In this document: positions 10,501-18,419 of the stretch, piece by piece
Layout: the number at the start of each line of letters is the position of its first letter
Position numbering within the stretch: the stretch's first letter is position 1
Source of the DNA: a virus
Direction: 5' to 3' (one strand)
DNA length: 64,000 nucleotides
IMG/VR virus record: IMGVR_UViG_3300005613_000046
Location: 1-64,000 of that record
Position numbers and translations under genes: made by a program
Notes under the pieces: generated by a model
Told to the model about the DNA's origin: nothing
The model's database searches: none
Seen by the model: the letters and a program-made list of their open reading frames with translations, nothing else

Positions 10501-10624
10501 ATATTCGAATATATCCGCCATTCCAACCATCACCATAGGTGTCTCTTAGTTGAACCGAATATGTGCATTGTGAAAAGACGAAACTTGTAAAAAAAACAAA
10601 AATCGATAATAATAAATTCTTCAT
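7595..10624 (-). CDS. secreted Ig-repeat protein with T9SS type A C-terminal sorting domain
   Basis: Sec signal MKNLLLSIFVFFTSFVFSQ; repeated CxGxxxTLxA...W(Y/F)...G...TP...TTYY Ig-like units; LPVELLSFDG; terminal FSIFPNPS...LPSGIYYISI...KQMIR. Confidence 0.85.
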   Translation of the reverse strand: MKNLLLSIFVFFTSFVFSQCTYSVQLRDTYGDGWNGGYIRIYLNGVMTYGNYTLSSGYGPVTYNFNVFQGQSISIRYYGGGWSYENYYRVYNGPNATGALILATNAYSTPPVWTYPPNSCSSALQTQPPSSISSNTNSICQGQSTTLTANNSIGTTYWFTNGCGTTGQFATGSSVNVTPNSTTTYYARNYANGLWSSTCASTTITVTNGPQAPTAQSFNTTCGQSTTLNAQGGSGNYQWWSNANGTGLLGTGNNYTIPTPTSNSTVYVTSGSAAGGSGTYTQSSNIMTSYSTPGSVTTLVSSSPANASGNATLTVYIRGDIDNSTEWVNVIGESGSLGNVWGGGQCSSTWRTATYSIPAATVNSWASNGSIQVSFNSSSSVNNICGYSFQAYFTITYPYSSGCNSQPTAYTVNVNPISAPTSNGASTSCGSPATINASGTGTITWYSNSNLTTSLGTGSSYTTPNLTTNTTYYLTSTSGPCVSSSTPVTVNVNPLAAPTVNGNSVVCLGNSTTLTASGGNNIVWYSNSNGTGQLGTGATYTTPQLNNNTTYYVGIQSQPQNQTTTININSIGSLFNMSSSCGTGSYYNGCSGQTGFNWNSSLPAGAVITSVQIQLSVGVECQAGTRTTTLNNVNGPTFNTLNHCSCSNGINPIFTLNMNPANYISNGTNQFRITNPPSCFGLRNNNSGLSGSFARVIVSYQVGSACSSSLAAFPITVSNTTQFNQQAMPIMQQPTMTIPQHPSGQYAHWYNGFNNEQYIATSSVSTDHLTIRMGQPQGALVTQGTQPVSFTGPATGSYYIHVNTNSNCGVDNNLRTITVTRVSALPVELLSFDGSCNNNIISLEWKTATEHNSDYFEVVKSRDGENWSSLTTLESAGNSTQELTYNTKDGNAIDGNNYYKLIQYDIDGQFKEYGPINVICNGNTKGYFSIFPNPSTGDFQVILNNKQLIGEGTLMIKDTKGSEILTKEIKISSGINLFNVSNLNLPSGIYYISITSNDVSTEIIKQMIR

Positions 10625-10713
10625 TGCGTATAAACTTGTTTAAGTAAATTTAACGCTCACTTGAAGAATCTTATTGGAAACCCCCATCTACCATGGGCCG
10701 GTCGAGACTACTA

Positions 10714-10720
10714 ATAAATA
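10714..10720 (-). promoter_or_regulatory. TATTTAT motif (putative phage late promoter)
   Basis: same motif recurs before more than 15 genes in the window; here about 90 nt upstream of ATG 10624. Confidence 0.55.
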
Positions 10721-10784
10721 CGAAGAAATACGTAATAAGGATATATTACTTTAACTCTATTGAGCAAAACCAACTTTTGATTTA

Positions 10785-11207
10785 TTATTTCTTTACTTTA
10801 ACAATTTCAACCGTGTCAACGGGTTCCAATGTTACGTCAATAACACCTCTTTTTAAGAAATTAAGTTGTTTTGCAGTTCCATAACTAAGATCAATAAGAA
10901 TTGATGATGACCTTGGAAGTCTATCATTTACCTTAACAAAACATACAGAGTCATTATTCAAATTAGTAACTTTTAGTATTGTTCCGAACTTAAAGTATTT
11001 GTGTGCTGCAGTCAAACTATCAGAATAAAACCTTTCACCAGACGCCGTAAGTCTTCCTGTCCAATGTTGTCCGTAGTATGTCGCCTTACCTTTATACACT
11101 ATCGGATCTGAAGAAACAAAAGAAATTAGAAAGGTTGATAATAAAATTAAAATTATTTTATTTAAAATTTTTGTAGTCATAAGTTGTAGATATTTTTCTT
11201 TTACCAT
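10785..11207 (-). CDS. rlpA: RlpA-family (DPBB) lytic transglycosylase
   Basis: GKATYYG...GRLTASGE...LTAAH...FGTILKVTN...VKVNDR...IDLSYGTA; start may be further downstream. Confidence 0.88.
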   Translation of the reverse strand: MVKEKYLQLMTTKILNKIILILLSTFLISFVSSDPIVYKGKATYYGQHWTGRLTASGERFYSDSLTAAHKYFKFGTILKVTNLNNDSVCFVKVNDRLPRSSSILIDLSYGTAKQLNFLKRGVIDVTLEPVDTVEIVKVKK

Positions 11208-12411
11208 ATTTTTTTTCCATTATTTGTTGATGAAGATCCCAATTTAAAATTGATTCACTAACAGGTTGATCATCATCTTTCGCCATTGCATATAATTTTC
11301 CAATTTTCTTTAACATTTTGGTTGACACGTAATTAAATTTTTCAATTTCATCTTCAAAAAATTTGATCGGATTGTTTTCGTATTTAATTACATAGTTTAA
11401 AAACTTTTTTCTAATCTCATCCGTTTTTTCTAAAGCTTTAACTTTTTCTTCCGCTCCTGAAGGTAGTAAACCAAGTTGTCCTCCAAATCTTAAAATGTCA
11501 TCCATGGCATGTTCTGTCATTGCCATAAACATTTTCATTTTGTTATTTACTAGATCAATATAGACAAGTTCCAAAACCCGATTTATTTTTTCATCAATTG
11601 TCATATCAGACGGATCTTCACCTATATGATCAATTAGTGCATCTAATCTATCTTCACTTCCTTTTAATTGTGAAATAAAATCATCGAATGTAAAGTTTTT
11701 AATTTTTAACAATTCATTATATACTCTGTTGTTTTCTAAAAACTCTCTGAACTTTGATTTTGTGATATTTTTTCTTCTAAGTTCATAAGCAACTTCTGTT
11801 GGTCTAACAAGATTTTCAATTCCTGATATATAATACAGATATCTAAAGAAAACTCTATCAATCACCGGTATTCCAAAAGTTCCTCTTATTTGAGTTGCTT
11901 GGTATTCAGCATCAGGACCAATCAAACCATATAGTTTAGCTTGTTTATCGTATTTGTGTTTAATCTCATGAGCCAAAGAAGAAACATATTCATCTCTTTC
12001 TTCTTCCATTTTACGAATAAGACCTTCTGGTGACCAATTTTCACCAACAGCAAAAGTTATACTCAATTCCAATTTGGTTGATGGTTCGTTTTCTTTCATG
12101 AATTTATCCCTGTCGAACCCAAATCTTCCTCCCATTCCCATTTGAACGATGTCCAAAACTCCTTCTTCATCTTCAATCTCTTCAATAGTCACGGTAAGTT
12201 CATATGAATCCACTTTTATCTTCTTTTTATCACCTAACTCAAATTCAATATCACCATCAAATACATATTCATCTTGTATTGTGTCAATTGATTTAATGTC
12301 TTTTTCAACAACATCATATAACATGTCGGCAGCATCCAAAATATTATCAGGAACCCCTAACGCTTCAGTAATAAGTCTCAATTGACTTTCGGTGATTAAA
12401 ATATTTTTCAT
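11158..12411 (-). CDS. N-terminally tagged protein with HExxH zincin-like motif
   Basis: MKNILITESQLRLITE tag; LAHEIKHKYD plus downstream E (IENLVRPTE); TATTTAT at 12416-12422. Confidence 0.65.
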   Translation of the reverse strand: MKNILITESQLRLITEALGVPDNILDAADMLYDVVEKDIKSIDTIQDEYVFDGDIEFELGDKKKIKVDSYELTVTIEEIEDEEGVLDIVQMGMGGRFGFDRDKFMKENEPSTKLELSITFAVGENWSPEGLIRKMEEERDEYVSSLAHEIKHKYDKQAKLYGLIGPDAEYQATQIRGTFGIPVIDRVFFRYLYYISGIENLVRPTEVAYELRRKNITKSKFREFLENNRVYNELLKIKNFTFDDFISQLKGSEDRLDALIDHIGEDPSDMTIDEKINRVLELVYIDLVNNKMKMFMAMTEHAMDDILRFGGQLGLLPSGAEEKVKALEKTDEIRKKFLNYVIKYENNPIKFFEDEIEKFNYVSTKMLKKIGKLYAMAKDDDQPVSESILNWDLHQQIMEKKYGKRKISTTYDYKNFK

Positions 12412-12437
12412 AATAATAAATATATTGGGATTGTAAT

Positions 12438-13091
12438 TTAACCCACAACCCCAACTAATTCATCCAAATGATGATCAACATCTATTTCAGATTTTATCGG
12501 TCTTAGATCCATCATATGAACAATCTCGCTTAAACTATATGGGTGATAATTGTTTCCATCAACACCAACATCAAGTCGTTTACCTTGACCCCACTTATGT
12601 TTACTAGACAAATGAACGTGTCCGTGTAAGTGAATTGACCCTTTATTTAATTCATTCCAACTTGATAATGGATAATGACACATCACAAAGTTTTGTCCGT
12701 AAATTTTAACTTGTAGATAATCAGATACACTACTGAATCTTTCTTGAATATTTTCTCGATTGTTTCGTATATGATGATCGTGATTTCCTAATACAAGGTG
12801 AATATTTTTACAAATTAAACGATCTAAAAACTTACCAACATTTTCAAATCCACCAAAACTAATGTCACCCAACATAATTAATGTATCGTATTGTCCAACT
12901 TTTGAATTGATGTTATTTACCAATACGTCATTCATTTCGTCTATTGATTGAAAATCCCTTGTAGAGTTAATTGGAATTTGACCGTCTTGAGTTCTCCAAT
13001 TTGTTACACCTCTACAAATATTTTTATGACTATAGTGAATGTCTGAGGTAACCCAAACTTTTCCTGTTACTAATATATCATCAAATTTCAT
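12438..13091 (-). CDS. calcineurin-like metallophosphoesterase
   Basis: SDIHYSH, LGDI, GNHD, CHYP, HGHVH, DVGVD. Confidence 0.9.
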   Translation of the reverse strand: MKFDDILVTGKVWVTSDIHYSHKNICRGVTNWRTQDGQIPINSTRDFQSIDEMNDVLVNNINSKVGQYDTLIMLGDISFGGFENVGKFLDRLICKNIHLVLGNHDHHIRNNRENIQERFSSVSDYLQVKIYGQNFVMCHYPLSSWNELNKGSIHLHGHVHLSSKHKWGQGKRLDVGVDGNNYHPYSLSEIVHMMDLRPIKSEIDVDHHLDELVGVVG

Positions 13092-13480
13092 ACTAATTTA
13101 ATTTGGAATCGATTTTTCATTTGTTCTATTTTGTCTTCAGGAACTCCGTGTTGGTTGGTATTTCCATGACGATTTTCTACTATGACACTAAAGACCATAT
13201 ATCCATGTTCTTTTGCAAGTTCAAAATATGGTTCCATTTCCCACTCTTGTGTGAAGGTATTGGACACCGCAATTTTTTTAATACCCGATGTCATCGCATG
13301 TCCAACAAACTCTTGGCATTCTTTATGAGCCTCTTTTATTTCTGAGGGGACAAAATTATAATTACCATCATTATCATAAAAATAATGATCGGCTTCAAAT
13401 ACGTTTGCCGTCAATTGTTTTGCAAATGTAGTTTTACCTGAACCCGGTATTCCTCTAACTATGTATAGTATTTTTTCCAT
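13088..13480 (-). CDS. P-loop kinase (polynucleotide kinase/AAA_33-like)
   Basis: RGIPGSGKTT, EADHYF, VSNTFT, HGVP; TATATTTG box at 13485-13492. Confidence 0.85.
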   Translation of the reverse strand: MEKILYIVRGIPGSGKTTFAKQLTANVFEADHYFYDNDGNYNFVPSEIKEAHKECQEFVGHAMTSGIKKIAVSNTFTQEWEMEPYFELAKEHGYMVFSVIVENRHGNTNQHGVPEDKIEQMKNRFQIKLV

Positions 13481-13511
13481 GATACAAATATAATAAAAAA
13501 AATCGCATAAA

Positions 13512-13535
13512 AAAAGGGAGATTAATCTCCCTTTT
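13512..13535. terminator. palindromic intrinsic terminator
   Basis: perfect palindrome AAAAGGGAGATTAATCTCCCTTTT. Confidence 0.75.
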
Positions 13536-13551
13536 AAACTAATTATTAAGA

Positions 13552-14442
13552 TTAAATATATTGATCAAACTGACTTGCATCAAACGATGATGTGCTCGTG
13601 TCGAAACCTCCACCACCTTTGAATTTCACTTCTTCAGGTTTTGAGGAATCTTTTGATGGTGTAGTTCCACAAATATTTTTAATAATATTTCCTGACAAAC
13701 TACCCTTTTCATCTTTATATTTCACACCTTCAATTTGGAATATTTTATTTTTACAACCAAACCATCCAAACCTTCCATCGGGTAATCTAAAACTAGCACC
13801 ATTTTTGTCTTGTTTAAATGCATATCCAGTCCCTTTTGGTATTTTTATAGTCGTTCCTTTTTCTGATTTAACAATATAATCATTTTTTTGACTATATGAT
13901 TTTCCACCACCAACAGCCTCAGCACCATAAGAGGTTTTTTTATCTTTTGATTGACTTTTTGCCAATTTGATTGCCGGTTCTAATGGTTTATAAACATATT
14001 CTCTCCATTCACTATCCATATCAATATCACCATCAATAGCATCAAATAAAGATTCCGCATAAGTATTTTTATATAAAAAACTTGCTCTACAAAGATCGGG
14101 AATTGTCTTAAATTTACCCAAATTTTGTTTTAACATATCTTCATTTGTTCCGGCCCCCTGTAATGATTGGAAAATAGAAACATTTATTTTTTCAAGTTCA
14201 CTATTGCTCATAGTTGGTTTTCCCATGTCTTTAGATCCACAAGATTTAAAAATCTTTTTAACACCTTCCATTGTTCCATCAGAACTTAAAAGATACACCA
14301 TAGCTGCGGGTCCTGGCATTGCTAATGCAAGAGTTCCTGTTACAGCGGTTCCTATAGCATCTTTCACATCACCTACACTATATTCTAATAATATAAATTT
14401 TAATTTATCGTATTGTCTTTCGGTTAGTATTATTTTTCTCAT
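13552..14442 (-). CDS. N-terminally tagged protein with annexin-like repeat
   Basis: MRKIILTERQYDKLKFILLE tag; SLQGAGTNEDMLKQNL...LYKNTYAESLFDAIDGD resembles the annexin repeat. Confidence 0.6.
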   Translation of the reverse strand: MRKIILTERQYDKLKFILLEYSVGDVKDAIGTAVTGTLALAMPGPAAMVYLLSSDGTMEGVKKIFKSCGSKDMGKPTMSNSELEKINVSIFQSLQGAGTNEDMLKQNLGKFKTIPDLCRASFLYKNTYAESLFDAIDGDIDMDSEWREYVYKPLEPAIKLAKSQSKDKKTSYGAEAVGGGKSYSQKNDYIVKSEKGTTIKIPKGTGYAFKQDKNGASFRLPDGRFGWFGCKNKIFQIEGVKYKDEKGSLSGNIIKNICGTTPSKDSSKPEEVKFKGGGGFDTSTSSFDASQFDQYI

Positions 14443-14453
14443 ATTTACATTAT

Positions 14454-15032
14454 TTAACTAAATGTCACATTTTTTTCATATGCGGTTAATGGTTCTGCCT
14501 TTGGTTCTTGAGTGTTTACATCTCCAACGTTAGAAACAACGGATTCTGGTTTTGCACCAACACCATGAATTTTTTTGGTTGGTGTTAATTTACCTTTACA
14601 AGATTCGAATGCGCTAATAGTTTTTGAACCAATTAAACCATCTTCAACTAATTTCACTTTTAATATTTCTGTCGGACATTCGTCGTTTAATCTCACTTGC
14701 ATTTTCAAAACTTTTTCATTACAGTTTGGTTTTTTTCCTGCACATGTCATTGTCGTATATCTACCTGAAGCGACGTTAGTCGTAGGTTGTCCTTGAGGTG
14801 GTGTAACAGTAACTGTTGGATTTTGAGCGGTATATTCAGCCGCTGTCGCTGGCTCAGAACCTAACGGTGGTGATTTATAACCAGTAAGTTTTATAACTTT
14901 TCCTGTTTGGTCTTTATAATATTGAACGGGTTCTTCTTGTTCAAAAACATAATTGTTTTTGGTTGCAGTTTCATGCATATTCAAAATTCGACTTCTTTCG
15001 TTTTCATTAATCACAAAAAGATTTTTTTTCAT
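14454..15032 (-). CDS. N-terminally tagged protein with peptidoglycan-binding-like domain
   Basis: INENERSRILNMH tag; VLKMQVRLN...LVEDGLIGSKTISA resembles PG_binding_1; TATTTAT at 15048-15054. Confidence 0.6.
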   Translation of the reverse strand: MKKNLFVINENERSRILNMHETATKNNYVFEQEEPVQYYKDQTGKVIKLTGYKSPPLGSEPATAAEYTAQNPTVTVTPPQGQPTTNVASGRYTTMTCAGKKPNCNEKVLKMQVRLNDECPTEILKVKLVEDGLIGSKTISAFESCKGKLTPTKKIHGVGAKPESVVSNVGDVNTQEPKAEPLTAYEKNVTFS

Positions 15033-15064
15033 ATTTGACTTTTTATAATAAATACAACAAAAAC

Positions 15065-15098
15065 AAAAAAAGGTGAGTAATTCTCACCTTTTTTTTTT
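15065..15098. terminator. bidirectional-type intrinsic terminator
   Basis: A run-GGTGAG-TAATT-CTCACC-T run. Confidence 0.75.
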
Positions 15099-15155
15099 GA
15101 GTCGACACTGAATGTGTCATTTCTCCACCACTTTGTTTTTATTAGAACAAAGAAA

Positions 15156-15590
15156 CTATTGTCTTTCCATCCAAATTCTAATCGAATTTTGATTAGTAAA
15201 ATAATTCTTGAACTGACAATTTTCTAATAACCCTTGTGTTAAATTGTAATCATACATCGGACCACTTATATGTCCCCAAGGTGTATTGTTCAATGTCAAA
15301 GTAAAATTAAATTGACTTGGATAAAAATTATATGTTGACTGAACTCCGTTGAATGAATAAACAGAATTTGAAATAAAGACAAGAGTGTCAGATCTTAATT
15401 CCTGATTAAAACTCGTGTTCAATATTTTAGTTATAACCCACGTTTGACCCTTCAAAGACACCGTAGAATCAACTGAAGTTGTGTCAGTGATGATTGGTTG
15501 TGGACTCAAAGGTTGTTGAGGTGTAACGTCTTCTTTAACACAAGATGTGATTAAAGAAATTAAAATTATTAAAAATGATAAATATTTCAT
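15156..15590 (-). CDS. putative lipoprotein
   Basis: MKYLSFLIILISLITS-C lipobox followed by VKED. Confidence 0.7.
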   Translation of the reverse strand: MKYLSFLIILISLITSCVKEDVTPQQPLSPQPIITDTTSVDSTVSLKGQTWVITKILNTSFNQELRSDTLVFISNSVYSFNGVQSTYNFYPSQFNFTLTLNNTPWGHISGPMYDYNLTQGLLENCQFKNYFTNQNSIRIWMERQ

Positions 15591-15591
15591 A

Positions 15592-15867
15592 CTATACTAA
15601 TGTTTCGATTTTATTTCTTACTTGTTCTCCTATTGACACTTCTTTAACGTTTGTTAAAATCAAAGACTCTTTTAAAATTTTATGAGGAATGTGAACCAAA
15701 AAGGTATTTCCATCAAAATAAGATAAGTCTTCTTTTAGATTTAAGGCACCATCAACCATTTTCAAAAAGATCTTAAATTGAATTGGATCCACAAAAGACT
15801 CATTTAAAAGGTCTCCGAATTTTTCATTAACGATCGTGATTGTATGTTGAAATGTTGATTTTATCAT
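15592..15867 (-). CDS. hypothetical protein
   Basis: 91-aa ORF; TATATTTG box at 15883-15890. Confidence 0.7.
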   Translation of the reverse strand: MIKSTFQHTITIVNEKFGDLLNESFVDPIQFKIFLKMVDGALNLKEDLSYFDGNTFLVHIPHKILKESLILTNVKEVSIGEQVRNKIETLV

Positions 15868-15913
15868 GGTGTTTTATTTCTACAAATATACTAATAAAAA
15901 GAATAACTACAAA

Positions 15914-16330
15914 CTATTTTAAAACTTTTTTTAATAAGTCCAACAATTCTTTGTTTTCATCTTGTTGTGGAATATCACTTTGTTTGTGGTATTTACATGC
16001 GGTATGTTCAAACCCATCTTGAGCCATTTCTAAATCAGGATTTAATTCATCTTCGGTTTCTTTAAAGAATACAAACATATGTCCCTTTTTTGTCCCATCT
16101 TTTTTGAATTTATCAATAAACCCAACAAATTCTATTTTTGGATCTAATTCAATATTTGTTTCTTCATAAAATTCTCGAATAGCAGCTTGACCTGGTGATT
16201 CACCATCTTCAATCTTTCCTGATGGTATTGACCAAACATTTGGCATTGACTTATCAGGAGCTCTTTTACATAATAAAACTTCATCATTATGTTTTAATAT
16301 AATACCCGCCCATTTTTTAAAGTTAACCAT
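15914..16330 (-). CDS. NUDIX hydrolase
   Basis: Nudix box GKIEDGESPGQAAIREFYEETNI. Confidence 0.9.
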   Translation of the reverse strand: MVNFKKWAGIILKHNDEVLLCKRAPDKSMPNVWSIPSGKIEDGESPGQAAIREFYEETNIELDPKIEFVGFIDKFKKDGTKKGHMFVFFKETEDELNPDLEMAQDGFEHTACKYHKQSDIPQQDENKELLDLLKKVLK

Positions 16331-16332
16331 AG

Positions 16333-16346
16333 ATATTTATAAATAT
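16333..16346. promoter_or_regulatory. palindromic bidirectional TATTTATA element
   Basis: ATATTTATAAATAT perfect palindrome fills the 14-nt gap between divergent ATGs at 16330 and 16345. Confidence 0.6.
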
Positions 16347-16686
16347 GAAAGTAAAAATAAATAACAATCTTTTTGATGTTAAAACTTTATTAACTTCCAA
16401 AGATACTCAAAAAGGTATGATGGGTAAAAAATTTAATGGGTTTGACGGAATGTTATTCTTTATGAAAAAAGAACCACATTCTTTTTGGATGAAAAATTGT
16501 GTGGTTCATTTAGATATTATTTTTATTAATGATGATTCAATCGAAAAAATTCATCACAACTGTAAACCTTGTATGTCTGAAGACTGTGATCGTTATGATG
16601 GTTATGGTGATTTAATTTTGGAACTTCCTGGTGGAACTTGCAAAAAATATGACATCAAAGAAGGTGATAGTATAGATTTACTTTAA
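16345..16686 (+). CDS. DUF192 family protein
   Basis: KGMM...DGMLF...FWMKNC...LDIIFI...LELPGG. Confidence 0.85.
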   Translation: MKVKINNNLFDVKTLLTSKDTQKGMMGKKFNGFDGMLFFMKKEPHSFWMKNCVVHLDIIFINDDSIEKIHHNCKPCMSEDCDRYDGYGDLILELPGGTCKKYDIKEGDSIDLL

Positions 16687-17532
16687 TCCCTCTATTTTAA
16701 CTTGTTTTTTCTCATCAACAAATGACTGAACTCTTCCTCTTGCAACATCACAATAATTCGGTGAAAGTTCGATTCCCAACCAACGTCTGTCTAAAATTTC
16801 CGCGGCGACTAAACTAGTTCCGCTACCAGCGAACGGATCCAAAATTACATCGTTTTTATATGACAAGATTTTAATCGCCTTGGTCGGTATGTCCATTGAA
16901 AAGGTTGCCTTAGTCAAAGATTTAGTGTCGGCAAAATAATTCCACTGACCAAAGACAAGTTCCATAAACTCTTTTTTATCATTCTCACTATAAACCATTT
17001 TATTTCTTTTGGTTCCGTCTTCTTTTTCAACTTCAGTTAATTCACCAGTCCATTCGGGTTGTCCTTTAACTTTTTTAATATGTTGTTTTTTATATGCTAA
17101 AATAACACACTCCTTCGGGTTATAGATATAAGGACTTGATGGACTCATCCATGATCCCCAAGCTGTAGTCTTACTTCTATGTGGTGATTGTTCTTCTAAA
17201 TCAACGATCCCAAAAAAACCATAACCGATCTCTTGCATAATTCTCCACATCTCAGCCACAAAAAATATACGACCACCTTTTTTCTGTCTGTTAATTTCAT
17301 ATGGAATGTTAAGGGCAATTCTTCCATCATCTTTCAATAATCTATACGCCTCGCTCAACCAATTTTTTGCAAACTCTTGATAATCATTAAACTCCATATC
17401 ATCTTCATGAACATCATAGTCAATACCTACCCCATAAGGTGGTGAAGTCACTATAAGGTCAACTGATCCTTCAGGTAATGTTTTCATCACCTCAACACAA
17501 TCCCCATTTATTATTTTTTTTGTTTCTATCAT
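16678..17532 (-). CDS. DNA methyltransferase, N4/N6 beta class
   Basis: catalytic TSPPY near N-terminus; SAM motif LDPFAGSGTS near C-terminus. Confidence 0.92.
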   Translation of the reverse strand: MIETKKIINGDCVEVMKTLPEGSVDLIVTSPPYGVGIDYDVHEDDMEFNDYQEFAKNWLSEAYRLLKDDGRIALNIPYEINRQKKGGRIFFVAEMWRIMQEIGYGFFGIVDLEEQSPHRSKTTAWGSWMSPSSPYIYNPKECVILAYKKQHIKKVKGQPEWTGELTEVEKEDGTKRNKMVYSENDKKEFMELVFGQWNYFADTKSLTKATFSMDIPTKAIKILSYKNDVILDPFAGSGTSLVAAEILDRRWLGIELSPNYCDVARGRVQSFVDEKKQVKIEGLK

Positions 17533-17536
17533 ATTC

Positions 17537-17932
17537 TTAAATTATTGTTGTTAACATTTGTGCCACTTTATATCCTGTGAAAGCTCCGGCCGCTGCAGAT
17601 CCAGGTAAAACGATAAACTTTCCAAGTATTGTGTCATATTTCTTTCTATTTACAATATAAGAAATCAATATGTAATAAACAATATAGTTGATTAAAACAA
17701 ATAAGTCCAGTTCTTTTGAAACAAAAACAACAATTGAATTTCCTAAAAAACCCCAAATAAAATTGATTAAAGTTTCTCTCATCAATTCGTTTGGTGTTGT
17801 TATTGCACCTAAGACGTTAATCTCTCGATTCAGACTTGATTTTTTGTTTGAGTTGTTCGATGTGGTGGTCGAGATACCACTTTGCTTTGAGTAAATCCTC
17901 GAGTTCTTTGTTTTTTCCTTTTTTTCCTGCAC
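17537..17932 (-). CDS. small membrane protein (start uncertain)
   Basis: hydrophobic C-terminal region of about 85 aa; annotated N-terminus overlaps the upstream gene. Confidence 0.55.
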   Translation of the reverse strand: MQEKKEKTKNSRIYSKQSGISTTTSNNSNKKSSLNREINVLGAITTPNELMRETLINFIWGFLGNSIVVFVSKELDLFVLINYIVYYILISYIVNRKKYDTILGKFIVLPGSAAAGAFTGYKVAQMLTTII

Positions 17933-18065
17933 GACTAATATATTTTATTGTATTTCCTAAACTAAATCCTAATTCCCAAGCATCTATCACTTTGATTGCT
18001 TCATATTCATTATTTTTTCCTCCGTAATGATCGGGGTGGTTTACTTGTTCTTTATTATTTTCCAT
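17817..18065 (-). CDS. DUF3310 / T7 gp1.7-like protein
   Basis: VNHPDHY...EAIKVI...FSLGNTIKYISRAGKK...EDLLKAKWYL. Confidence 0.85.
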   Translation of the reverse strand: MENNKEQVNHPDHYGGKNNEYEAIKVIDAWELGFSLGNTIKYISRAGKKGKNKELEDLLKAKWYLDHHIEQLKQKIKSESRD

Positions 18066-18068
18066 AAC

Positions 18069-18419
18069 TTATTTCCAAAATAATTGTATTACTAATATTC
18101 CTAATGCTAATACCAAACAAACTATTGTCTTTAACGTCAACGGTTCTTTGAATATCAACCAACTTAACCATGTGAATACGACAGCTCCAATACTAAACCC
18201 TATAAGTCTTGACGGCCACATTTGACCATCAAAGGCTATTACCATATTCTTAACTGAATACATAAATAACATTGAAATTGGCATTCCCATTAAAACCAAA
18301 AACCAATAATGATTTTTGAACCATTCGTATTTTAAAGGTCCTTGTAGTTGAAAAAATGTTCCTATTTGTGCAAAAAACCCAAAAATAATTCCAACTACAA
18401 GTGCGACAATATTTGTCAT
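18069..18419 (-). CDS. small 4-TM membrane protein (DMT/EamA-like)
   Basis: four hydrophobic helices, C-terminal FKEPLTLK. Confidence 0.6.
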   Translation of the reverse strand: MTNIVALVVGIIFGFFAQIGTFFQLQGPLKYEWFKNHYWFLVLMGMPISMLFMYSVKNMVIAFDGQMWPSRLIGFSIGAVVFTWLSWLIFKEPLTLKTIVCLVLALGILVIQLFWK

